Shown: piece by piece, positions 37,136 to 48,192 of the stretch | Layout: each line of letters opens with the position of its first letter | Numbering within the stretch: the stretch's first letter is position 1 | Origin: an uncultured Pelagibacteraceae bacterium | GTDB taxonomy: Bacteria > Pseudomonadota > Alphaproteobacteria > Pelagibacterales > Pelagibacteraceae | Length of the DNA: 64,000 nucleotides | Assembly (NCBI GenBank): GCA_902580445.1 | Contig: CACHKQ010000003.1 | Span: 27,457-91,456 of the forward strand | Direction: 5' to 3' | Program-made: the position numbers and the translations under genes | The notes under the pieces: generated by a model | Databases searched by the model: none | What the model was told of the DNA's origin: nothing | The model's input: only the letters and a program-made list of their open reading frames with translations

Positions 37136-38952
37136 TGTGTGGGATAATAGGTATAGCTAGTAATAAAAAAGTTTCTACTAATATAGTAAATGCCCTGAAA
37201 AAATTAGAGTACCGTGGTTATGACTCCGCAGGACTTGCTACAATTACAAATGGCGAAATTAATGAAAAAAAATGCTCTGGCAGAGTTGAAAAACTCGAAA
37301 AAATTTTATTTCAAAGTCCAAATGAGGGAAATTTAGGAATAGGACACGTAAGGTGGGCAACACATGGAGTTCCAAACGAAGTTAATGCCCATCCTCACTC
37401 AAGTGAGATAGTATCAGTAGTACATAACGGAATAATAGAAAATTCTGATCAGTTAAAAAAAAAATTCGAAAAATCTGGTACTACTTTTAAATCTCAAACT
37501 GATACTGAAGTAATAACAGTTCTTCTCACAGAAAAATTAGAAAAATTAGATCCCTTAAAAGCAGTATTTGAAACTATAGACATGCTCAAAGGGAGTTTTG
37601 CTCTTGGAATAATATTTAGAAATCATAAGGAGTTCGTGATTGGTGCTAGACGCGGCAGCCCCTTAGCTGTTGGTTATTCAAATAATGAAAATTATTTAGG
37701 TTCTGACTCATATGCTTTAAAGTCTATGACAAACAAAATTTCATATTTAGATGATGGAGATGTATGTGTTTTATCTAAAGATGAAGTCAAATTTTATAAT
37801 CACAACAAAGATAAAATTAATAAAGAAATTTTTACACTTTCTGAAGACAAAGCATCAGTTAGCAAGGGGAATTATAAAAATTTTATGATAAAAGAAATCT
37901 TTGATCAACCTGTTACTACCAAAACTTGTTTAAAGGAATATATTGATAAAATCAGAGAGGAAATAAATTTTTACAACCTTCCACTAGATCCGAAAGAAAT
38001 CAAAAAGATAGTATTGATTGGATGTGGCACCGCCTACCATTCTTGTTTAGTAGCGAAATATTGGTTTGAGGAATTTTCATCTATAAATATTGAAGTAGAT
38101 ATAGCATCAGAATTTAGATATAGAAAAGTTAGATTCGACAAAAAAGCTCTTTATATTTTTGTATCGCAATCTGGTGAAACCGCTGATACGTATGCTGCTT
38201 TAGATCTGTGTAAAAAGCAAAACGTTAAGACTTGTTCAGTTATAAATGTTGTTGAAAGCTCAATAGCCAGAAACTCAGATTGTGTTTTACCAATTCATGC
38301 TGGACCAGAAATAGGAGTAGCATCCACAAAAGCTTTTCTTGGTCAAATGTTAGTTTTATATTTACTCTCTTTAAAAATTTCTGAAGTTAGAAATGATATA
38401 CAAAATATTGAATATAAAAAAAAAATTTCTGAATTAAAAAAATTACCCACACTAATTAGTGAAGCATTAAAAGAAGAAGAAAAAATTCAATTAATTGCAA
38501 AAGATATTTATGAATCCAAAGGCTCAATGTTTTTAGGCAGGGGATCATCATTTCCAATCGCATTAGAAGGCGCTCTGAAATTAAAAGAACTCTCTTACTT
38601 ACATGCTGAAGGTTATCCTGCTGGAGAAATGAAACATGGTCCTTTAGCATTAATAGAAGATGGTTTACCAGTTGTTGTGATTGCACCTAAAGACAAATAT
38701 TTTGAAAAGACTTTATCAAATATGCAAGAGGTCATAGCTAGAGGGGGAAAAGTGCTATTGTTAACTAATTCGGATGGGAAAGTAATAAGTGAAAATATTA
38801 GGTTTCAGATTAATTTGCCAAACTCTGATTTAACCCTGACACCTTTTGTATTTACTATTCCTCTTCAACTTCTTTCGTATCACGTAGCTTTATTCAAAAA
38901 ATGCGATATAGATAAGCCAAGAAATTTAGCCAAATCTGTTACTGTTGAATAA
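37135..38952 (+). CDS. glmS: Glutamine--fructose-6-phosphate aminotransferase
   Basis: MCGIIGI N-terminal nucleophile, two SIS domains, C-terminal KSVTVE. Confidence 0.95.
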   Translation: MCGIIGIASNKKVSTNIVNALKKLEYRGYDSAGLATITNGEINEKKCSGRVEKLEKILFQSPNEGNLGIGHVRWATHGVPNEVNAHPHSSEIVSVVHNGIIENSDQLKKKFEKSGTTFKSQTDTEVITVLLTEKLEKLDPLKAVFETIDMLKGSFALGIIFRNHKEFVIGARRGSPLAVGYSNNENYLGSDSYALKSMTNKISYLDDGDVCVLSKDEVKFYNHNKDKINKEIFTLSEDKASVSKGNYKNFMIKEIFDQPVTTKTCLKEYIDKIREEINFYNLPLDPKEIKKIVLIGCGTAYHSCLVAKYWFEEFSSINIEVDIASEFRYRKVRFDKKALYIFVSQSGETADTYAALDLCKKQNVKTCSVINVVESSIARNSDCVLPIHAGPEIGVASTKAFLGQMLVLYLLSLKISEVRNDIQNIEYKKKISELKKLPTLISEALKEEEKIQLIAKDIYESKGSMFLGRGSSFPIALEGALKLKELSYLHAEGYPAGEMKHGPLALIEDGLPVVVIAPKDKYFEKTLSNMQEVIARGGKVLLLTNSDGKVISENIRFQINLPNSDLTLTPFVFTIPLQLLSYHVALFKKCDIDKPRNLAKSVTVE

Positions 38953-38990
38953 ATTGCAATAATACTATAAATATCCACCAAGAGTTGAAT

Positions 38991-40367
38991 ATGAAAAAAT
39001 GGACTTTAAATAGTTGGAAAAAATTTCCAGCAAAGCATTTGCCAGAGTACCAAGATCAAAAAGAACTTGATTTGGTTTTAAGCAAGGTAAAAAAATATCC
39101 ACCTTTAGTTTTTGCAGGTGAGTCTCGATCACTTAAGAAAGCTTTAGCAGATGTTGTTAAAGGTAAAGCATTTCTTTTGCAAGGAGGAGATTGCGCTGAG
39201 AGTTTTGCAGAGTTCCACCCCGATAATATTCGGGATACTTTTAAAATTATTTTACAAATGTCATTAGTGTTAACCGCATCAGCATCTGTGCCTGTAGTAA
39301 AAATCGGACGAATTGCCGGACAGTTTTCTAAACCACGAAGCGCTGCAACTGAAAAAAAAGATGGAATAGAATTACCTAGTTATTTAGGCGATAATATAAA
39401 TGGAATGGAATTTACTCAAAAAGCAAGACAACCTGACGCCAAAAGATTATTTAGAGCCTACTCACAATCAGCTTCAACATTAAATTTACTAAGAGCATTT
39501 TCTCAAGGTGGATTCGCAGATTTGAGACAAGTGCATTTATGGAATTTAGGATTTATTAAAGATAGAACTAAAGGCAAATACAGAGAGGTAGAAGATAAAA
39601 TTAGTGATGCTTTAGCTTTTATGGAGGCTTGTGGCATTAACTCAGATAATAATAGAAGATTAAGAACTGTAAATTTTTATACTTCACACGAAGCATTGCA
39701 CTTACCTTTTGAACAAGCTATGACCAGAGTTGACTCAACCACAGGCGAATATCATGATACTTCTGCTCACTTTGTCTGGATCGGAGATAGAACCAGACAA
39801 CTAGATGGTGCACATGTTGAATTTTGTAAAGGAATCAAGAATCCAATTGGTTTAAAATGTGGACCAACTTTAAAAGCTGATGAATTAATTAAGCTTTGTA
39901 ATATTTTAAATCCTAGTAATGAGCCTGGTAGAATGACTTTAATTTCGCGTTTTGGTGCTGACAATGTTGAAAAATATTTACCCAAACTAATTAAATCAGT
40001 TAAAAAGGAAGGACTAAACGTAATTTGGTCTTGTGATCCAATGCATGGAAATACTATAAAAGCTGCAACTGGTTTTAAAACAAGAACTTTTGACAGCGTT
40101 GTAAAAGAAGTTAAAAATTTCTTTGCAGTAAGCCAGTCTGAAGGTAGCTACGCAGGTGGTTTACACATAGAAATGACAGGTCAAGATGTGACAGAATGTA
40201 CTGGTGGAGCACAAAAAATATCTGAAAAAGATTTATCAAATAGATACAGAACTCATTGTGATCCAAGGTTGAATGCTAACCAAGCTTTAGAGTTAGCTTT
40301 CTTGATTTCAGAAGAAATAAAGAAAAATTCAAAAATTTCAAACAAAATTATTCAAGCCGCGTCTTAA
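38991..40367 (+). CDS. Class II 3-deoxy-7-phosphoheptulonate (DAHP) synthase
   Basis: W-NSWKKFPAKHLPEYQD start, GGDCAESF and IGRIAGQFSKPRS. I prefer the ATG at 38991 (AGAG 6 nt upstream) over the TTG at 38985. Confidence 0.9.
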   Translation: MKKWTLNSWKKFPAKHLPEYQDQKELDLVLSKVKKYPPLVFAGESRSLKKALADVVKGKAFLLQGGDCAESFAEFHPDNIRDTFKIILQMSLVLTASASVPVVKIGRIAGQFSKPRSAATEKKDGIELPSYLGDNINGMEFTQKARQPDAKRLFRAYSQSASTLNLLRAFSQGGFADLRQVHLWNLGFIKDRTKGKYREVEDKISDALAFMEACGINSDNNRRLRTVNFYTSHEALHLPFEQAMTRVDSTTGEYHDTSAHFVWIGDRTRQLDGAHVEFCKGIKNPIGLKCGPTLKADELIKLCNILNPSNEPGRMTLISRFGADNVEKYLPKLIKSVKKEGLNVIWSCDPMHGNTIKAATGFKTRTFDSVVKEVKNFFAVSQSEGSYAGGLHIEMTGQDVTECTGGAQKISEKDLSNRYRTHCDPRLNANQALELAFLISEEIKKNSKISNKIIQAAS

Positions 40368-40389
40368 TAATTATTGTAATTATTAAGAC
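40361..40389 (+). terminator. Perfect 13-bp stem / 3-nt loop hairpin overlapping the DAHP synthase stop codon
   Basis: GTCTTAATAATTA-TTG-TAATTATTAAGAC, verified base by base. No T-tract follows, so terminator function is uncertain. Confidence 0.35.
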
Positions 40390-40419
40390 CTGACCTTAAA
40401 AGAGAGGTAGGTACTAATT

Positions 40420-41160
40420 ATGGATGTAAAAAAAAGAGTAGATATAATAACGAAATGGATCAATAACTATTGTAACGAGTCAAATTACAAACCAAAGTCA
40501 CTTGTTATTGGTATTTCAGGAGGTATCGACTCTTCTGTAGTTAGCACCTTATGTGCAAGTACTGGACGTAAAACGATTGTGTTAACAATGCCAATTAAAC
40601 AAATAAAGTCTCAGCACGACTTGAGCCTAACACATGCCAAATGGTTAAAAGATAAATATAAAAATGTAGAACACCATTTGATCGAAATGGACAAAATTTT
40701 CAATTCTTTCTCACAAGTTTTGAATAATTTTGATAATGAACATGGTTATGCAAATTCAAGAGCAAGGTTGAGAATGGCTACTTTATATCAAGTGGCTGCA
40801 GCTAATACAGGATTAGTTGTGGGCACCGGGAATAAAGTCGAAGATTTTGGTGTTGGCTTCTATACTAAATATGGTGATGGTGGAGTAGATATTTCTCCAA
40901 TCGCTGATTGTACTAAAACTCAAGTGTGGGAACTTGGAAAATTCCTTGGTATATCTGAAAAAATTATTAACTCAGAACCAACAGATGGACTATGGAATGA
41001 TGGAAGAAATGATGTACAACAGCTTGGCATGACTTATGAGCAGCTTGAAAAAGCAATGATCAATAAAAATGACCAAAATTACAAAAAATATTTAGAGATA
41101 AGAGAGAAAAATTTACACAAAATGAATCCAATACCGGTATGTACATTTAATGAAGAATAA
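40420..41160 (+). CDS. nadE: Ammonia-dependent NAD+ synthetase
   Basis: The VIGISGGIDSSV PP-loop, about 246 aa. Confidence 0.9.
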   Translation: MDVKKRVDIITKWINNYCNESNYKPKSLVIGISGGIDSSVVSTLCASTGRKTIVLTMPIKQIKSQHDLSLTHAKWLKDKYKNVEHHLIEMDKIFNSFSQVLNNFDNEHGYANSRARLRMATLYQVAAANTGLVVGTGNKVEDFGVGFYTKYGDGGVDISPIADCTKTQVWELGKFLGISEKIINSEPTDGLWNDGRNDVQQLGMTYEQLEKAMINKNDQNYKKYLEIREKNLHKMNPIPVCTFNEE

Positions 41161-42511
41161 TCAACTTAACTTATCAAATACTATAACCGGCAAAAGAGAA
41201 ACGTTTGTACCAATTAATCCAAAAAAAATTGGGATGTATGTTTGTGGTCCTACTGTTTATGATTTTCCACATGTGGGTAATGCAAGACCTCTAGTTGTAT
41301 TTGATGTTTTGTACAGAGTTTTGTCTAAACTTTTTGGAAAATCAAATGTTACATACGTAAGAAATATAACTGATATAGATGATAAAATTATAGAAAGTTC
41401 AAAAAATAAAAAAATATCAACAGACGAACTTACACTGTCAATTACGAAAAGTTTTCATGATGATTGTGTGTATTTAAATTGTTTAAAACCAAATTTAGAA
41501 CCAAAAGCAACTGAACATATCAAAGGCATGATCACTATGACCGAAAATCTTTTACAAAATAATCATGCTTACGAAAAAGATAAACATGTATATTTTTCAA
41601 TAAACTCGTTTAAAAATTATGGCAAATTATCAAAAAAAAATCCTGAGGAATTAGTTGCGGGTACAAGAGTGGAGATATCGAAATTAAAGAAACATCCCCT
41701 AGATTTTGTTCTTTGGAAACCATCAGCAGCAGAAGATCCAGGCTGGGATTCGCCGTGGGGAAGAGGAAGACCAGGGTGGCACTTAGAATGTTCAGTAATG
41801 AGTGAAAAATTTCTTGGAAAAAATTTTGATATTCATGGAGGAGGATTGGATCTTATTTTTCCGCATCATGAGAATGAGATTGCACAGTCATGTTGTGCAA
41901 ATAAAACAGATAAATTTGCAAACTATTGGATACATAATGGCTATGTTACTTTTAATAAAGAAAAAATGTCAAAATCTTTAGGAAATATTATTACTATTGA
42001 AAAAATGAGAAAAACAATAAATGGTCAGGTTATTAGGCTTGCCCTCTTGAGTTCGCATTATAAACAACCATTAGATTGGAATGAAAATTTAATTAAAGAA
42101 AGTCAGAATACTCTTGATAAGTGGTATACACAGTTTGAAAATAACAAGGAAGATGTTTTAAACCAAGATTTATTAGAACCACTGTTGGAGGATATAAACA
42201 CTCCAGGTTATATAGCAAAACTTCATTTGCTTTTTGATAAAGCTTCAAAGGGTGATAATTCTTCAAAAAAACTTTTTCTTGCTGGATGCAAACTTATAGG
42301 GTTATTAGAGGAAGATTTAGAAACATGGAATAAATTTAAAAAAGCAAGATCAAAAATTGATGAAAAAACTATCCAAAGTAAAATTAAAGATAGAGATTTG
42401 GCACGAAAAAAAGGTGATTATAAATTAGCAGACAACATAAGAAAAGAACTCGAAAGTAAAGGGGTAATTATTGAAGACAAAGACAACAAAACAATTTGGA
42501 AATATAAATGA
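41150..42511 (+). CDS. cysS: Cysteine--tRNA ligase
   Basis: YVCGPTVYDFPHVGNAR (HIGH region) and KMSKS. Confidence 0.95.
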   Translation: MKNNQLNLSNTITGKRETFVPINPKKIGMYVCGPTVYDFPHVGNARPLVVFDVLYRVLSKLFGKSNVTYVRNITDIDDKIIESSKNKKISTDELTLSITKSFHDDCVYLNCLKPNLEPKATEHIKGMITMTENLLQNNHAYEKDKHVYFSINSFKNYGKLSKKNPEELVAGTRVEISKLKKHPLDFVLWKPSAAEDPGWDSPWGRGRPGWHLECSVMSEKFLGKNFDIHGGGLDLIFPHHENEIAQSCCANKTDKFANYWIHNGYVTFNKEKMSKSLGNIITIEKMRKTINGQVIRLALLSSHYKQPLDWNENLIKESQNTLDKWYTQFENNKEDVLNQDLLEPLLEDINTPGYIAKLHLLFDKASKGDNSSKKLFLAGCKLIGLLEEDLETWNKFKKARSKIDEKTIQSKIKDRDLARKKGDYKLADNIRKELESKGVIIEDKDNKTIWKYK

Positions 42512-44109
42512 GTAAAGAAAAAATATATATTTTTGATACTACATTGAGAGATGGCGCTCAAACTGAAGGTGTTAATTTTTCTATTGATGATAAAAATAAA
42601 ATAGCCAATGCACTTGCTGAACTCGGGGTAGATTATTTAGAGGGCGGGTGGCCTGGAGCTAATACACTTGATACAACTTTTTTTAACAAACCTCCAAAGC
42701 TAGGAAAAACTGTGCTAACAGCTTTTGGCATGACAAAGAAAAGTGGTAGGAGCGCTCAAAATGATCCTGGATTATCTGCCATTTTAAACTCAAATACTTC
42801 AGCTGTTTGTTTGGTTGGTAAGTCATGGGATTTTCATGTTGAAAAAGCTTTAGGAATAACAAATAAAGAAAATCTTGAAAATATTAAAGAGTCATCAAAA
42901 ATTTTTATAAAAAATAAAAAAGAATTTATGTTCGACGCTGAACATTTTTTCGACGGTTATAAAAATAATCCTGACTATGCATTAAGTTGTATAAAAACAG
43001 CATTTGATGAAGGAGCCAGATGGATTGTTCTTTGCGATACAAATGGCGGAACACTTCCGCACGAGGTTGGAGAAATAGTTTTAAAAGTTTCAAAAAGTAT
43101 TCCAGGAAAAAATCTAGGAATACATGCTCATAATGATACTGAAAATGCTGTTGCGAATTCTTTGACAGCAGTTTTATCAGGTGCTCGTCAAATTCAAGGA
43201 ACAATTAATGGATTAGGCGAAAGATGCGGTAATGCAAATTTAATTTCTCTTATTCCATCACTAGTTTTAAAAGAAAGTTTTGCAAAAAATTTTGAAATAG
43301 GTATTTCTAAAGATAAAATGAAAACACTAACAGAATGCTCAAAATTGTTAGATGAAATACTAAATAGAAAATCTAACAGACACTCCGCTTATGTAGGGGC
43401 ATCAGCCTTTGCACACAAAGGCGGTCTACATGTTTCTGCAGTAACAAAAGATCCCAAAACCTATGAACATATTAATCCTAATTTAGTAGGTAACTTTAGA
43501 AATATTGTTGTTTCAGATCAATCTGGAAAATCAAATATTATGTCTAGATTAGAAAAGTATGGAATCAATATTAATAAAAGTGACCCCAAGATACAAAATT
43601 TATTAAATGAGGTGAAAGATAGAGAATTTGCAGGCTATTCCTATGATGGTGCTGATGCATCATTTGAGTTATTGGCAAGACGTTTATTAGGAGAAATACC
43701 TAAATATTTAACTATTTCAAAATACGATGTTTCAGTGAAGAGAGACTCAAAAGATAAAATCAATTCTTTTGCAAAAGCGCATATTATGGTCGATGGAAAA
43801 GAAATTATTTGCGAGGGATCTGGTAATGGACCAGTCAATGCTTTAGATAATGCAATACGTTCTAATGTAGACAAAGTCGGAAAATATTCTAAATATTTAA
43901 AAGATTTAAAACTGGTTGATTATAAAGTTAGAATATTAAATACAGGAACTAACGCAACAACACGTGTTTCTATAGAAAGTACAGATAAAGACGGAAAGAA
44001 TTGGTTTACTATAGGAGTATCTCCAAATATTATAGATGCCTCATTCAAAGCTTTGATTGATAGTCTAGATTACAAATTATACAAAGAAAAAGCACCAGCA
44101 AATGATTAA
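42508..44109 (+). CDS. cimA: Citramalate synthase (LeuA/CimA family)
   Basis: IFDTTLRDGAQTEGVNFS, HAHNDTENAVANS, 533 aa with a C-terminal regulatory domain. Confidence 0.8.
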   Translation: MSKEKIYIFDTTLRDGAQTEGVNFSIDDKNKIANALAELGVDYLEGGWPGANTLDTTFFNKPPKLGKTVLTAFGMTKKSGRSAQNDPGLSAILNSNTSAVCLVGKSWDFHVEKALGITNKENLENIKESSKIFIKNKKEFMFDAEHFFDGYKNNPDYALSCIKTAFDEGARWIVLCDTNGGTLPHEVGEIVLKVSKSIPGKNLGIHAHNDTENAVANSLTAVLSGARQIQGTINGLGERCGNANLISLIPSLVLKESFAKNFEIGISKDKMKTLTECSKLLDEILNRKSNRHSAYVGASAFAHKGGLHVSAVTKDPKTYEHINPNLVGNFRNIVVSDQSGKSNIMSRLEKYGININKSDPKIQNLLNEVKDREFAGYSYDGADASFELLARRLLGEIPKYLTISKYDVSVKRDSKDKINSFAKAHIMVDGKEIICEGSGNGPVNALDNAIRSNVDKVGKYSKYLKDLKLVDYKVRILNTGTNATTRVSIESTDKDGKNWFTIGVSPNIIDASFKALIDSLDYKLYKEKAPAND

Positions 44110-44806
44110 TAAAACTGGTTTTGTTTTAGTGAAACCACAGTTACCAGAAAATATTGGATTTTCTGCCAGATGTTTAAAAAATTTTGGTTTTTCCAGTTTA
44201 GATTTAGTAAATCCAAAAGAAAACTGGCCGAACAAAAAAGCAATCGCAACATCTGTTGGAGCTAAAGATATCCTTAAAAAAACCAAAGTATTTTCTAGCG
44301 TTGAAAAAGCAATAAATAAATACGATGTTGTTTATGCTTCTTCTGCAAGAAAAAGAGATATTAATAAAAAACACCTCTCTTTTAATGAATTTATAAAAAG
44401 CATAAATAAAAATAAAAATAAAAAAATTGGTATTTTGTTTGGGCCTGAAGCATCAGGTTTATCAAATGAAGATATAGTTTATTGTAATTACATCTTTAAA
44501 ATTCCAGTGAGTAAAAAACTTGAGTCCATCAATCTTTCTCATAGTTTAATTATAGTCTGTTACGAAATATTCAGAAACACCAAAAGAAGTTACTTTAATA
44601 AAAATAAAAAGTTAGACGACGTTATTAATAAAAAAAAAATCAATAACTTCTTGCATTTTGTAGAAAACCGATTAGAGAGAAAAGGTTTTTTTCAGCCTTC
44701 TGAAAAGAGGAAAACCATGCTTATTAATCTTCGCAATATTTTTGGTAGAACCGAATTAAGTAATAAAGAACTAAGGATTTTATTCAGTATTTTTAGCAAA
44801 CTATAA
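44102..44806 (+). CDS. SpoU/TrmH-family RNA 2'-O-methyltransferase (TrmJ-like)
   Basis: VLVKPQLPENIGFSARCLKNFG and ILFGPEASGLSNEDI. Confidence 0.8.
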   Translation: MINKTGFVLVKPQLPENIGFSARCLKNFGFSSLDLVNPKENWPNKKAIATSVGAKDILKKTKVFSSVEKAINKYDVVYASSARKRDINKKHLSFNEFIKSINKNKNKKIGILFGPEASGLSNEDIVYCNYIFKIPVSKKLESINLSHSLIIVCYEIFRNTKRSYFNKNKKLDDVINKKKINNFLHFVENRLERKGFFQPSEKRKTMLINLRNIFGRTELSNKELRILFSIFSKL

Positions 44807-44812
44807 GAACAA

Positions 44813-44840
44813 TTGACAAATATCATATAAAGATTATAAA
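44813..44840 (+). promoter_or_regulatory. Candidate sigma-70 promoter of rpsD
   Basis: TTGACA (44813..44818), a 16-nt spacer, then TATAAA (44835..44840). The ATG follows only 10 nt after the -10 element and no SD is visible. Confidence 0.35.
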
Positions 44841-44850
44841 CAATTTTTTT

Positions 44851-45468
44851 ATGACAAAAAGAATAAGAGCAAAACATAAAGTCGATAGAAGATTAAGAGT
44901 AAATTTATGGGGAAAACCCAAAAGTCCATTTAATACAAGAAATTATCCACCTGGACAACATGGTCAAAGCAAAAAAGGAAAACCAACAGATTATGGAGTA
45001 CAGCTACATGCTAAACAAAAACTTAAATCATACTATGGAAATATTAATGAAAGACAATTTAGAAATGTTTATAGGATTGCAATTAAAAAAAAGGGTAACA
45101 CAACTGAAAACCTTGTTGGGATTTTAGAAAGAAGATTAGATACTGTAATTTATAGAGCAAAATTTGCACCGACTGTTTTTTCTGCAAGACAATTAATCAA
45201 TCATGGACACTTTAGAGTAAATAAGAAAAAGGTTAATATCTCAAGCTATCTAGTTAAGGAAGAAGATTTAATCGAGGTAAAGGATAAATCTAAATCACTG
45301 ACAATTATCGAGTCATCTTTGGCTAGTAAAGATAGAGATGTTCCTGAATATGTCCAATTAGACACAAAAAATAAAACTGTCAAACTTGTAAGAGTTCCAA
45401 AATTTGCGGATATTCCATATCCTACAGTCATGGAACCTAAGTTAGTAATTGAGTATTATTCAAGATAA
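44851..45468 (+). CDS. rpsD: 30S ribosomal protein S4
   Basis: RLDTVIYRAKFAPTVFSARQLINHGHFRVNKKKVNISSY (S4 domain), 205 aa. Confidence 0.95.
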   Translation: MTKRIRAKHKVDRRLRVNLWGKPKSPFNTRNYPPGQHGQSKKGKPTDYGVQLHAKQKLKSYYGNINERQFRNVYRIAIKKKGNTTENLVGILERRLDTVIYRAKFAPTVFSARQLINHGHFRVNKKKVNISSYLVKEEDLIEVKDKSKSLTIIESSLASKDRDVPEYVQLDTKNKTVKLVRVPKFADIPYPTVMEPKLVIEYYSR

Positions 45469-45783
45469 TAAAGATTTGCTCTCTAAAAGTTTTTTTAATT
45501 CACCTTTTTCAAACATTTCTTTGACAATATCACAGCCTCCAATAAATTCCCCCTTTACATATAGCTGAGGTATTGTTGGCCAATCGGTGTAATCTTTAAT
45601 TCCTTGTCTCATCTCATTGCTTTCTAAAACATTTACTCCTTGGAATTTAACTTGAAGATGTTTTAGAATATTGGTTACAGCCATTGAAAAACCACACTGT
45701 GGAGAGTCGGGTGTACCTTTCATAAAAAGAACTACACTATTTTCGTCAATCATTGTTTTAATTTTACTTTTTACTTCATCCAT
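45460..45783 (-). CDS. grxD: Monothiol glutaredoxin (Grx4 family)
   Basis: VVLFMKGTPDSPQCGFS active site. I place the start at MDEVKSKI (ATGGATGA overlap with the bolA stop) rather than the track start at 45801. Confidence 0.9.
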   Translation of the reverse strand: MDEVKSKIKTMIDENSVVLFMKGTPDSPQCGFSMAVTNILKHLQVKFQGVNVLESNEMRQGIKDYTDWPTIPQLYVKGEFIGGCDIVKEMFEKGELKKLLESKSLLS

Positions 45784-46012
45784 TTTTTTCCTCCGTAACA
45801 AGGGCTAGAGCATGTAATTCATTACCCATTTTTCCTTTGAGAGCTTTATAAACCATTTTATGTTGTTCTATCTTTGATTTTCCTACAAAATTTTTTGATA
45901 TTATCTTTGCTTCAAAGTGGTTATTGTCGCCCATAGTATCTTTTAGTTCAAGAGTTGCATCGGGAAAAGCAGCTAGAATCATATCTGAGATTTCGTTTTT
46001 AGTTAATGGCAT
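45776..46012 (-). CDS. bolA: BolA family protein
   Basis: 78 aa with the pattern ...[29 protein letters not shown]... The bolA-grxD pairing is conserved. Confidence 0.85.
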   Translation of the reverse strand: MPLTKNEISDMILAAFPDATLELKDTMGDNNHFEAKIISKNFVGKSKIEQHKMVYKALKGKMGNELHALALVTEEKNG

Positions 46013-48191
46013 TATAATTATTATACCATTGATTGTTACAAATTTGAAGATCTTTAGTTTTGATAGAAAATAATTTCTCTATTTCAAATGTGTCATTTTG
46101 TACTTCAGCTATAGTTTCATAAAAAATATTATTTTTTTTAAGAAATAATTCAGCATTTACAAGACTGTTTTTAGAAACTTCAATTACATATCTACCCTGA
46201 TCTTCACCAAAAAAATACTCATAAAAGTTTTTAAGCTTCTTCGGCTTATTTATTTTTAATCCAAGACCCGATGAAATTGACATTTCAGCCAAAGAAACAA
46301 GCATTCCTCCAGATGAAATGTCGTGGACAGATACTGCAATACCTTTTTTAATTAAATCAAGAACAGCCAAGCCATTATTTTTCTCATTTAATAAATTTAT
46401 CTCAGGCGGCGGCCCATCTTTCATAGAAAAATTTTCGTAAAGAAAAGCACTTTGCCCTAAATGTCCAATAGTTTTACCAATTACAATGATTAAATTGCCA
46501 CTTTTTTTAGTCTTTATATTTGTAACTTTGTTTAGGTCATTAATAATTCCAATACCTCCTATAACAGGTGTTGGATCTATACTTTTTGATTTGGTTTCGT
46601 TATAAAAAGAGACATTTCCCGAAACAACTGGAAAATTTAAAAATTCGCAAGCCTCTTTGATACCATTTATACAATCTACAAATTCTCCCATAACCTCAGG
46701 TTTTTCTGGGCTTCCAAAGTTTAAGCAATTTGTTATTGCCATTGGCTTTGCTCCCACTGAAATTAAATTTCTCCAATTTTCAGCAACTATTTGTTTTCCA
46801 CCAGTTTTTGGATTAGCTTTGCAATATGAAGCTGATGAGTCTACTGATATTGCTATAGCTTTATTTTTATTGTGAATTCTAACTACCGCAGAGTCCCCAC
46901 CTGATTTTTGAATAGTATCACACATTACAGATTGATCGTACTGATCAGTAATCCAATTTTTATTAGAGTGGTTTGGTGAAGATAAAATTTTTAATAGAGC
47001 ATCATCAATTTTTATCTTTTTAAAATTATTTATATCTATTTTTTCTTTTTTTGATTTTTTTAAAATATATTTTCTCTCATATAAAGGAGCTTTATCAGCT
47101 AGAGCTGGAATAGGGATATCAGCAACTTTTTTGGTATTAAAATTAAGAATTAATCTATTTGTGTCTGTAGTCTTACCGATAACTACAAAATCTAAATCCC
47201 ATTTATCAAAAATTTTTTTTGCTTCTTCCTCTTTATTATCATCCAGTATTAAAAGCATCCTCTCTTGGCTCTCTGATAACATCATTTCATATGGTGTCAT
47301 ATTATTTTCACGACATGGCACTTTATTTAAGTCTAACTCGATACCGAGCTTTCCTTTTGAAGCCATTTCTATGCTTGATGAAGTAAGACCTGCTGCGCCC
47401 ATATCTTGTATTGATATAATAGAATTATCTTTCATTAACTCTAGACAAGCTTCTAAAAGTAATTTTTCAGTGAAAGGATCACCAACCTGAACAGTAGGTT
47501 TTTTTTCCTCTGAGTTTTCGTCAAATTCCGCTGATGCCATTGTTGCTCCGTGAATTCCGTCTCGTCCAGTTTTCGAACCAACATATACCACAGCTTTATT
47601 TAAACCTTTTGCCTTTGAATAGAAAATTTTATTTTTATCTGCTAATCCTATAGCCATAGCATTGACCAAAATATTTTCGTTATATGTATCATTAAATTTA
47701 GTCTCTCCACCTACAGTTGGTATTCCAACAGAATTACCATAGCCACCGATACCCGAAACTACTCCGCTTAATAAGTTTTTAGTTTTATGATTTTTCGGTG
47801 ACCCAAAGTGTATAGAATTCATCAAAGCAATTGGTCTGGCACCCATTGTAAATACATCCCGTAATATGCCCCCAACACCTGTAGCTGCACCTTGATATGG
47901 CTCAATAAAAGAAGGATGATTATGACTTTCTATTTTAAAGACAATCGCGTCTTCATCCCCAATATCAATAACACCAGCATTTTCACCTGGACCTTGGATT
48001 ACAATATTATTTTTTGTTGGAAGTTTTTTGAGATGGACCTTTGATGATTTATATGAACAATGCTCATTCCACATTGCTGAAAAAATCCCTAATTCTAATA
48101 AATTTGAATCTCTACCTAAATACTCTTTAATTTTTTTATATTCATCAGTTGTTAAACCATGAGCTTCTATTTGATCTTTGTTAACTGTCAT
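45999..48191 (-). CDS. purL: Phosphoribosylformylglycinamidine synthase subunit PurL
   Basis: [16 protein letters not shown], 730 aa, upstream of purQ and purS. Confidence 0.95.
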   Translation of the reverse strand: MTVNKDQIEAHGLTTDEYKKIKEYLGRDSNLLELGIFSAMWNEHCSYKSSKVHLKKLPTKNNIVIQGPGENAGVIDIGDEDAIVFKIESHNHPSFIEPYQGAATGVGGILRDVFTMGARPIALMNSIHFGSPKNHKTKNLLSGVVSGIGGYGNSVGIPTVGGETKFNDTYNENILVNAMAIGLADKNKIFYSKAKGLNKAVVYVGSKTGRDGIHGATMASAEFDENSEEKKPTVQVGDPFTEKLLLEACLELMKDNSIISIQDMGAAGLTSSSIEMASKGKLGIELDLNKVPCRENNMTPYEMMLSESQERMLLILDDNKEEEAKKIFDKWDLDFVVIGKTTDTNRLILNFNTKKVADIPIPALADKAPLYERKYILKKSKKEKIDINNFKKIKIDDALLKILSSPNHSNKNWITDQYDQSVMCDTIQKSGGDSAVVRIHNKNKAIAISVDSSASYCKANPKTGGKQIVAENWRNLISVGAKPMAITNCLNFGSPEKPEVMGEFVDCINGIKEACEFLNFPVVSGNVSFYNETKSKSIDPTPVIGGIGIINDLNKVTNIKTKKSGNLIIVIGKTIGHLGQSAFLYENFSMKDGPPPEINLLNEKNNGLAVLDLIKKGIAVSVHDISSGGMLVSLAEMSISSGLGLKINKPKKLKNFYEYFFGEDQGRYVIEVSKNSLVNAELFLKKNNIFYETIAEVQNDTFEIEKLFSIKTKDLQICNNQWYNNYNAIN

Positions 48192-48192
48192 A

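Noticed and set aside
47131-47490. Antisense ORFs inside purL (46657..46875, 47131..47490) and purB (50206..50532, 50923..51234)
   Set aside because: The opposite strand encodes full-length, motif-rich PurL and PurB. The antisense products are Ser/Phe/Leu-rich with no recognisable features.
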